Shown here one piece after another: positions 33,905 through 40,989 of a stretch of 40,989 bases of DNA; the first letter of the stretch is position 1, and each line of letters begins with the position of its first letter. The DNA comes from a virus (taxonomy: Duplodnaviria; Caudoviricetes): positions 1 through 40,989 of IMG/VR virus record IMGVR_UViG_3300042542_000879. One strand, written 5' to 3'. The translations under genes were made by a program, and so were the position numbers. The notes beneath the pieces are model-generated. The model worked only from the letters and a program-made list of their open reading frames with translations, was not told the DNA's origin and searched no databases.

Positions 33905-34639
33905 ATGGAATACGATCCGCTTTTTAAATTGCCTACTGGGGTAGATGACATTGAATCTGTTTTTAAAACGGCTCGCGGGTCTACCTATGCTCACCATGGA
34001 GATAGAACAACTACGGGAAATAGGGAGCCGTCTAACCAAAAAGGCACTGGGGCCAAAATTCAAAACCGTTCTGGAAAAACCATCTACATGGATCCAAAAC
34101 ACGTTAATCAAGTGGCGGGGCTTTTTCAAAATACAGAAATGGCTACGAAATTTGTGCCAATTCTTGAAAACGGAAAAGAAACTGGAAAAGTTGCCTTGCA
34201 ATTAACGGAAGATTACGGTCCTAAAAAAGCCGGTACTACATTAGTGCAAGTACCATATACAACCAAACCCGCAGTTGGATTAAACCCTGTGGAAATTTGG
34301 GGCAGTCAAAGCCCTGTAGGATCTAGCGGAGGCAACATCCATTTTGGCAATGCTATTACAGAGGTTCACCCTAAGCCGTCTAGACTTGGCGGAAAACTTG
34401 GAGCGGCTGCCGCTTTGCTAGGTGGGACTGGTGCCGCAAATGCCGGCGAATATCGTAAAGCAGCTGGTGATGTGGCGGAGGCGCTTTTGCCTATAGGTCT
34501 TACGCCAACTGAACTTATGTCTAACGAAATGAGTGAGTTAGCGGCGCGCAGAAAGATGGCTCCCACAATTGATAAACAAAAAGGTGGCTCTATACAGATG
34601 CCCGACAGTTACACTACTGGTAGCTGGAAACTTATTTAA
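33905..34639 (+). CDS. Hypothetical protein inserted between TerL and portal; possible virion cargo
   Basis: ATG 33905 after GAGGG. A globular N-terminal part is followed by a Gly/Ala-rich helix, ELAARRKMAPTI and a KGGSI tail. Confidence 0.75.
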   Translation: MEYDPLFKLPTGVDDIESVFKTARGSTYAHHGDRTTTGNREPSNQKGTGAKIQNRSGKTIYMDPKHVNQVAGLFQNTEMATKFVPILENGKETGKVALQLTEDYGPKKAGTTLVQVPYTTKPAVGLNPVEIWGSQSPVGSSGGNIHFGNAITEVHPKPSRLGGKLGAAAALLGGTGAANAGEYRKAAGDVAEALLPIGLTPTELMSNEMSELAARRKMAPTIDKQKGGSIQMPDSYTTGSWKLI

Positions 34640-34647
34640 GGACACAT

Positions 34648-37113
34648 ATGGCTATTGATAAGGCACTGTACCAAGCACCACAAGGATTAGATGCCTTGGC
34701 GGAACTTCCAAAAATTGAAATTGAGATGGAACCCGAGATTGAAATCACTGAGCTAGAGATTGCTATTGGCCCAGAGAAATTAGAAGGCGGCGATGAGTTT
34801 GACTCTAACTTGGCTGAGTTCTTAGATGAGGGCGCGCTTGAAGAGCTTGCCAGTGAGTTGACCAGTGACTTTGATGATGACATTGGCAGCCGAAAAGACT
34901 GGATGCAGACCTATGTAGATGGTCTTGAGCTTTTGGGCATGAAGATCGAAGAACGTACCGAGCCTTGGGAAGGTGCATGCGGTGTGTATCACCCGCTTCT
35001 GTCCGAGGCTCTGGTTAAGTTCCAAGCCGAAACCATGATGAGTAGCTTTCCAGCCGCTGGGCCGGTAAAGACTCAGATCATTGGTAAAGAAACACCGGAG
35101 AAAAAAGCTTCTGCTGTCCGTGTTCAAGAGGATATGAACTATCAGTTAACCGATGTAATGACTGAATTCCGTCCTGAGCATGAGCGCATGCTGTGGGGCT
35201 TGGGTCTGTCTGGTAATGCATTTAAAAAGGTCTATTACGATCCGCACATTGAGCGTCAGATCTCCTTGTTTGTGCCGGCGGAAGACTTGGTGGTTCCTTA
35301 TGGCGCCAGTAACTTAGAGACGGCTGAGCGTGTTACCCATGTAATGCGTAAGACTGAGAATGAGCTACGCCGCTTACAGGTGGCTGGCTTCTATCGTGAT
35401 ATTGATCTGGGTGAACCAGAGAATGTGCTAGACGAAGTAGAGAAGAAGATTGCGGAAAAGATGGGCTTTAGAGCCACGACTGACAGCCGCTATAAGCTTC
35501 TTGAGATGAGTGTAGATTTAGATCTACCTGGTTTTGAGCATGAGGAAGATGGCGAACCTACAGGTATTAAATTACCGTACATTGTTACCATTGAAAAAGG
35601 CTCAAACAAAGTTTTGGCCGTGCGCCGCAATTGGAATGAAGATGATGAAACATGCCAAAAACGCCAACACTATGTACATTACGGCTACGTTCCCGGGTTT
35701 GGTTTCTACTGTTTTGGCCTCATCCACCTCATTGGGGCTTTTGCTAAGTCAGGCACTTCTCTTATTCGTCAGCTTGTTGATGCTGGTACTTTAAGTAATT
35801 TGCCTGGCGGTTTTAAAGCTCGCGGCCTACGTGTAAAAGGTGACGATACGCCTATTTCTCCAGGCGAGTGGAGAGATGTGGATGTACCTAGTGGAACTAT
35901 CCGCGACAACTTATTGCCACTTCCATACAAAGAACCTAGCCAAACACTAATGGCTTTGCTGGGTCAGATTGTGAACGAGGGACGCCGTTTTGCTAATACG
36001 GCAGATCTTCAGATTAGTGATATGTCGGCCAATGCCCCGGTGGGTACAACGCTGGCCATTCTTGAGCGCACGTTAAAAGTAATGAGTGCCGTTCAGGCGC
36101 GCGTTCACTATGCAATGAAGCAAGAGTTAAAGCTCTTGAAAGATATTATTGCAGCGTATACGCCTGAAGAATACGAATATCAGCCTACCGAGGGTTCACG
36201 TAGAGCTAAGCGTAGTGACTACGATGATGTGTATGTTATTCCGGTCAGCGATCCTAATGCGTCTACCATGGCGCAGAAGATTGTGCAGTACCAAGCTGTA
36301 ATGCAGCTGGCTCAGCAGTCACCCCAGCTTTACAACATGCCTTTATTACATCGTCAGATGTTGGATGTTTTGGGTATTAAAGAAGCAGCCAAACTTGTTC
36401 CAATGGAAGAAGACCAGAAACCTACAGATCCTGTGTCGGAAAACCAGAACGTGTTGATGATGAAGCCGGTCAAAGCATTTATGTACCAAGACCACCAAGC
36501 TCACATTATGGTTCATATGTCAGCCTTGCAAGATCCTAAGATTTCTTCTCTTTTGCAGAATAATCCCATGGCTAAACAATTGCAGTCTGCAATGATGGCG
36601 CACATTAATGAGCATTTAGGTTTTGAGTACCGCAAGCAGATTGAGTTGCAGTTGGGTATGAGTTTGCCGCCTCAAAAAGATGAGTCCGGAGAAGATATTA
36701 ATATGGATCCGGATGTTGAGGCGCGTTTGGCACCTTTGTTGGCACAAGCTTCACAGCGCCTGCTTGCAAGAAACCAGCAAGAGCAAGCTCAACAGCAAGC
36801 CCAGCAGCAGGCTCAAGATCCAATGGTTCAGTTGCAACAACAAGAGTTGCAGATCAAGATGGCCGAGCAACAACGCAAAGTTGCAAAAGACGCTACAGAT
36901 GCTCAACTCAAACAAGAGCAGTTAACCATTGAGGCTCAGCGTCAGCAGATTGAAGCTGCAAGGGCTATGGCTCAAATGGAAAACACTAAACAGTCGCACT
37001 TACTTGATAAGAGTGTTGAGGTCTTGACTTACCTGTCAAATACTCACCAAAGCAAATCAAGCCAAGAGCGCGGCATGGAACGTCAGACTACCCAACAAAC
37101 TAAGGAAGAATGA
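34648..37113 (+). CDS. Portal protein (P22-like, with C-terminal Gln-rich coiled coil)
   Basis: 821 aa after TerL, with PWEGACGVYHPLL, GNAFKKVYYD, GFYCFGL, LVDAGTLSN and PVGTTLA. Confidence 0.9.
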   Translation: MAIDKALYQAPQGLDALAELPKIEIEMEPEIEITELEIAIGPEKLEGGDEFDSNLAEFLDEGALEELASELTSDFDDDIGSRKDWMQTYVDGLELLGMKIEERTEPWEGACGVYHPLLSEALVKFQAETMMSSFPAAGPVKTQIIGKETPEKKASAVRVQEDMNYQLTDVMTEFRPEHERMLWGLGLSGNAFKKVYYDPHIERQISLFVPAEDLVVPYGASNLETAERVTHVMRKTENELRRLQVAGFYRDIDLGEPENVLDEVEKKIAEKMGFRATTDSRYKLLEMSVDLDLPGFEHEEDGEPTGIKLPYIVTIEKGSNKVLAVRRNWNEDDETCQKRQHYVHYGYVPGFGFYCFGLIHLIGAFAKSGTSLIRQLVDAGTLSNLPGGFKARGLRVKGDDTPISPGEWRDVDVPSGTIRDNLLPLPYKEPSQTLMALLGQIVNEGRRFANTADLQISDMSANAPVGTTLAILERTLKVMSAVQARVHYAMKQELKLLKDIIAAYTPEEYEYQPTEGSRRAKRSDYDDVYVIPVSDPNASTMAQKIVQYQAVMQLAQQSPQLYNMPLLHRQMLDVLGIKEAAKLVPMEEDQKPTDPVSENQNVLMMKPVKAFMYQDHQAHIMVHMSALQDPKISSLLQNNPMAKQLQSAMMAHINEHLGFEYRKQIELQLGMSLPPQKDESGEDINMDPDVEARLAPLLAQASQRLLARNQQEQAQQQAQQQAQDPMVQLQQQELQIKMAEQQRKVAKDATDAQLKQEQLTIEAQRQQIEAARAMAQMENTKQSHLLDKSVEVLTYLSNTHQSKSSQERGMERQTTQQTKEE

Positions 37114-37301
37114 TGGACGTAATTGAAGTACTGGTGAAGCAATCTGACGAAAAGGTTGCTCAACTTAGAGACTACTTATCGGAAGGTAGGGCTGAGTCTT
37201 TTGAGGAGTACAAAAAACTCTGCGGTGAGATTAAGGGTCTGCTCACTGTTCGAGGATATGCACTAGACCTGCAACAAACCATGGAGAAAATGGATGACTA
37301 G
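37110..37301 (+). CDS. Small conserved head-module protein
   Basis: EEYKKLCGEIKGL motif between portal and GroES-like gene. Confidence 0.75.
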   Translation: MMDVIEVLVKQSDEKVAQLRDYLSEGRAESFEEYKKLCGEIKGLLTVRGYALDLQQTMEKMDD

Positions 37302-37722
37302 TTCCATCCTGTTGGCTACAGACGCCAGCAACCCGCAAGTAGTCGGGTCTTATAACTTTGCTTCAACCGCAGAGGAAAAAGGCAAACTATTACCTAAGCC
37401 ATCTGGCTATCGAATTCTTTGTGCCATCCCAGAGGCGGAGAAAGAGTTTGAAGATAGTGAGATTGGTTTAATTAAAGCAGACGAAACCATGCGCAATGAG
37501 GAGACACTCACAACTGTCTTATTTGTTGTTGATATGGGCCCAGACTGTTACAAAGACCCTGCACGCTTTCCAAATGGCGCGTATTGTCAAAAAGGCGATT
37601 TCGTTCTTGTGCGTCCTCATGCGGGTACCCGCTTGGTGATTCATGGTCGAGAGTTTCGTATCATTAATGATGACTCCGTAGAGGGTACTGTTGATGATCC
37701 CCGTGGTATTAAACGCAAATAA
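37294..37722 (+). CDS. GroES-like co-chaperonin
   Basis: LPKPSGYRIL...GLI...VVDMGPD...KGDFVL....GT..VIHGREFRIINDDSV matches the cpn10 pattern. Confidence 0.8.
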   Translation: MTSSILLATDASNPQVVGSYNFASTAEEKGKLLPKPSGYRILCAIPEAEKEFEDSEIGLIKADETMRNEETLTTVLFVVDMGPDCYKDPARFPNGAYCQKGDFVLVRPHAGTRLVIHGREFRIINDDSVEGTVDDPRGIKRK

Positions 37723-37733
37723 AGGAGTACAAA

Positions 37734-38696
37734 ATGCCTGAATTTGAAAAAGAAGAATTTACGTTTCCAGACGAAGCGGCAGAAAAAAACAAACCCGAGG
37801 CAAAAGAGCCTGAGTTTGAGATTGAAATAGAAGACGATACGCCGGCTCAAGACCGTGGCCGTCAGCCTATGCCAAAGCCTTTGGTTGATGAGCTGGAAAA
37901 AGATGAGCTTGATAAGTATGACGATGAGGTCAAAACTAAACTCAAGCAAATGCGTAAGGTCTGGCATGACGAACGCCGTGAGAAAGAATTGGCATTACGT
38001 GAGCAAAATGAAGCTATAAATGTAGCCCAGCGTTTATTAGAAGAAAACAAACGCATTAAAAATATTCTTTCTAGTGGTGAAAAAGAATACGTTGCAACTG
38101 TACAGAATGCCGCCAACATGGAGTTGGAAATGGCCAAGCGCGCATATCGCGAGGCATATGATTCCGGCGATTCTGACAAGATGATTGAGGCTCAACAAGC
38201 CTTGCAGATTGTTAATTACAAGTTAATGCAGATTAAAAACTTTAAGCTACCCCCTTTACAAGAAGAGGAATTTGAAGTACAACCGCGTCAAGAGCAACAA
38301 CAAACCGTTCCTAAGCCCGACAACAAGGCTGAAAATTGGCAGACCCGTAACAAATGGTTCGGCCAAAACAAGGGAATGACGGCTTATGCTTTAGGTGTTC
38401 ACGAAGATCTAAAGGATTCTGGCGTTACAGTTGGCTCGGATGAGTATTATTCGGAATTGGACAAAACAATCCGTAAAAGATTTCCAGAGGTTTTCCAAAA
38501 GAAATCAAATGAATCAACGGCTAAAACTGAGCCTGCTAGAGCAAAACCTAGCACAGTAGTAGCCCCGGTAGCCCGCAGCACAGCCCCCAAAAAGGTCATG
38601 CTTAAGCAGAGCCAGTTGAATACGATTAAAAAATTAGGAATCACTCCCGAACAATACGTGAGAGAGTTTCTGAAAGTGGAGGCCCAAAATGGCTGA
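37734..38696 (+). CDS. Putative capsid scaffolding protein
   Basis: Acidic N-terminus, long coiled coil, W..RNKWFG and a C-terminal KKLGITPEQY; synteny. Confidence 0.7.
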   Translation: MPEFEKEEFTFPDEAAEKNKPEAKEPEFEIEIEDDTPAQDRGRQPMPKPLVDELEKDELDKYDDEVKTKLKQMRKVWHDERREKELALREQNEAINVAQRLLEENKRIKNILSSGEKEYVATVQNAANMELEMAKRAYREAYDSGDSDKMIEAQQALQIVNYKLMQIKNFKLPPLQEEEFEVQPRQEQQQTVPKPDNKAENWQTRNKWFGQNKGMTAYALGVHEDLKDSGVTVGSDEYYSELDKTIRKRFPEVFQKKSNESTAKTEPARAKPSTVVAPVARSTAPKKVMLKQSQLNTIKKLGITPEQYVREFLKVEAQNG

Positions 38697-39138
38697 AAAA
38701 AGACTTACAAGAGAGTTTGAAACACGCGATGTAGAAGAGCGTCCAAAGCAGTGGGCGCTCCCTGAAATATTACCTGAGCCAGACAAACAGGCTGGGTATA
38801 ACTATCGCTGGGTTCGTGTCTCAACGTTAAACAATGCTGATCCCCGTAACTTATCGGCCAAACTCCGAGAAGGTTGGGAACCCGTTGCACTTGAGGAACA
38901 ACCCAAATTTAAACTGTTAGCTGATCCCAATAGCCGCTACCGCGACAACATTGAGATCGGTGGATTGTTGCTTTGCAAAACACCTACTGACTTTGTTAGC
39001 CAGCGTACACAACACTTCGCTAATCAAACACAAGCTCAGACAGATGCCGTAGACAACAGTTTCATGCGTCAAAGCGATGCGCGGATGCCACTCTTCCAAG
39101 AGCGTAAATCCTCAAGTAGCTTTGGCAAAGGTACTTAA
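38689..39138 (+). CDS. Conserved head-module protein
   Basis: GYNYRWVR, KLREGWEPV and IGGLLLCK; lies between scaffold and capsid genes. Confidence 0.75.
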   Translation: MAEKRLTREFETRDVEERPKQWALPEILPEPDKQAGYNYRWVRVSTLNNADPRNLSAKLREGWEPVALEEQPKFKLLADPNSRYRDNIEIGGLLLCKTPTDFVSQRTQHFANQTQAQTDAVDNSFMRQSDARMPLFQERKSSSSFGKGT

Positions 39139-39157
39139 ATTTTTATAGGAGTCTTCC

Positions 39158-39988
39158 ATGGCTTATCCTGTGGTATCAAGCCCTTACGGGCTAAAGCCGA
39201 TCAACTTGATCGGTGGTCAAGTATTTGCGGGTTCTACTCGTGAATACGCAATCATCAACAACTACGCTACGAACATCTTCTATGGTGACCTCGTGGGCTT
39301 GGTTCGCGGTAATTTAGAGCGTCTTTCTGTAAGTACTGGTACGTTGGGTACGGTTGTCGGTGTCTTTTTGGGATGCTCGTATACCAACCCTCTGACCAAA
39401 CAGAAGACGTTTTCTCAGTATTACCCAGCAAATACTGCTGCGGGCGACATCGTTGGTATCGTTTGTGACGATCCTGACACTGTGTTCTCTGCTGTTGTTT
39501 GCTCGGCTACTACTGTTGTTGCTTCTGGTGCTCGTGCAATGGTCGGCCAAAACGTGGCCATGATCAACAACAACGGTAACACTGCAACTGGTAATTCAAA
39601 GAACGCAGTTCTAGCTCCAACCGATACGCCTGCAACGACAGATGCTCTGCCTTTGCGTGTGTTGGGTTTGAATCCAGATACTGAAGTCTCTCTTGGTCAA
39701 GCCACATTCACAAGCATTGCTTCTGCCACTATCACTTGTAGCGCAATTCCTTTTGCGTTACCTGTTGGTACTGATGTAGGCTCATTGGACTCTAACGGCA
39801 ATTACATTGCTTCAGGTTCCTTTGTAGATACAGCAGCAGCGGCTGGTGCAACGACTGTGATTTTGAATCAAGCCCCCATCACCGCGTTTGTTGCAAGCTC
39901 AACGTTGGTCTTTAATCAATTCCCAGAAATTTTGGTGAAATTGAATTTTGGTCAGCACGAGTATTACGCAGCAACTGCTACAGCATAA
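39158..39988 (+). CDS. Putative minor capsid/decoration protein
   Basis: PYGLKPI, IFYGDLV, GVFLGCSYT and DDPD; beta/Thr/Ala-rich; immediately upstream of the MCP. Confidence 0.65.
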   Translation: MAYPVVSSPYGLKPINLIGGQVFAGSTREYAIINNYATNIFYGDLVGLVRGNLERLSVSTGTLGTVVGVFLGCSYTNPLTKQKTFSQYYPANTAAGDIVGIVCDDPDTVFSAVVCSATTVVASGARAMVGQNVAMINNNGNTATGNSKNAVLAPTDTPATTDALPLRVLGLNPDTEVSLGQATFTSIASATITCSAIPFALPVGTDVGSLDSNGNYIASGSFVDTAAAAGATTVILNQAPITAFVASSTLVFNQFPEILVKLNFGQHEYYAATATA

Positions 39989-39999
39989 GGAGCTAGATC

Positions 40000-40908
40000 A
40001 TGGCTATTTCACGCGCACAACTACTTAAAGAACTTCTCCCCGGACTGAACGCTTTGTTTGGTTTGGAGTACGCAAAATATGGCGAGGAACATAAAGAGAT
40101 TTATGAAACCGAAACCTCTGAGCGTTCTTTTGAAGAAGAAACGAAACTGTCTGGTTTCTCTGCTGCCCCCGTTAAAAACGAGGGTTCTGCCATTGCTTAT
40201 GACAATGCACAGGAAGCATGGACTGCCCGATACAACCACGAAACCATCGCTTTGGGTTTCTCGCTGACCGAAGAGGCCATCGAAGATAACTTGTACGACA
40301 GCTTGTCTGCTCGTTACACCAAAGCTTTGGCCCGTGCTATGGCTTACACCAAGCAGGTTAAAGCTGCATCCGTTTTGAATAACGGTTTTAGCGCGGCCTA
40401 TCCTGGTGGTGACGGTGTTGCTTTGTTCTCTAGCGCTCACCCCTTGGTGTCTGGCGGTACTAACAGTAACGTTCCATCTACCCCTGCTGACTTGAATGAA
40501 ACATCGTTGGAAAACGCTGTTATTCAGATTAGCTTGTGGACAGATGAGCGTGGCCTGTTGATTGCTGCTAAGCCTAACAAGCTGGTGGTTCCACCTGCAT
40601 TACAGTTCACGGCAACTCGCTTGCTTGAGACTGAATTGCGTGTGTCTACTGCTGACAACGATATCAACGCATTGAAGAATAATGGATCTATCCCTGGTGG
40701 ATTCTGCATTAACCACTTCTTGACCGATACTAACGCTTGGTTCCTGACCACAGACGTTCCTAACGGCATGAAGCACTTTGTGCGTACTCCTTTGTCACAG
40801 TCTATGGACGGTGACTTTGATACTGGTAACGTCCGTTACAAGTCTCGTGAGCGTTACAGCTTTGGCTGGAGCGATCCATTGGGCATGTTCGGTTCTGCCG
40901 GCGCTTAA
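40000..40908 (+). CDS. Major capsid protein (HK97 fold, Mu gpT-like family)
   Basis: MAISRAQLLKELLPGLNALFG, APVKNEG, LVVPPAL, NHFLTD..AWF and RERYSFGWSD; strong SD and a following terminator. Confidence 0.92.
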   Translation: MAISRAQLLKELLPGLNALFGLEYAKYGEEHKEIYETETSERSFEEETKLSGFSAAPVKNEGSAIAYDNAQEAWTARYNHETIALGFSLTEEAIEDNLYDSLSARYTKALARAMAYTKQVKAASVLNNGFSAAYPGGDGVALFSSAHPLVSGGTNSNVPSTPADLNETSLENAVIQISLWTDERGLLIAAKPNKLVVPPALQFTATRLLETELRVSTADNDINALKNNGSIPGGFCINHFLTDTNAWFLTTDVPNGMKHFVRTPLSQSMDGDFDTGNVRYKSRERYSFGWSDPLGMFGSAGA

Positions 40909-40931
40909 TATTTCTTAGGAAATATTTGAAT

Positions 40932-40958
40932 AAGGGGGCTTGTGCCCCCTTTTCTTTT
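40932..40958 (+). terminator. Intrinsic terminator after MCP
   Basis: AAGGGGGC-TTGT-GCCCCCTT followed by TTCTTTT. Confidence 0.85.
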
Positions 40959-40989
40959 GTTGTATATTGCTTTCAACCCGGGGTTATCC

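Overview
This window is about 41 kb of a tailed dsDNA phage genome with a P22/APSE-like podovirus gene order. It resembles uncultured freshwater phages, and a Betaproteobacterial host is plausible but cannot be proven from sequence. From left to right: (1) the end of the virion operon, with a GNAT-like protein, DNA-ejection proteins, a lytic transglycosylase and a 2489-aa polyvalent protein; (2) a leftward recombination operon (HNH/Ref-like, SSB-like, ERF, Cas4-like exonuclease); (3) a rightward middle/replication region (VRR-NUC, PAPS-reductase-like, a ~760-bp highly structured non-coding block, small ORFs, a PRTase, ParB-like, SF2 helicase, Toprim primase); (4) a leftward operon of about 20 small, probably early genes including two cytosine methyltransferases; (5) the packaging/head operon (TerS, LexA-like DNA-binding protein, TerL, portal, GroES-like, scaffold, major capsid). 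I see no integrase, DNA polymerase, lysis or tail-fibre genes, CRISPR array or intact tRNA. The strongest unexplained signals are the structured-RNA cluster at 16.7-17.4 kb, two families of repeated palindromic operator-like sites, peptide motifs shared between virion proteins, and strong CCGG enrichment in the early region. All annotations come from motif recognition by eye, and no database searches were run.
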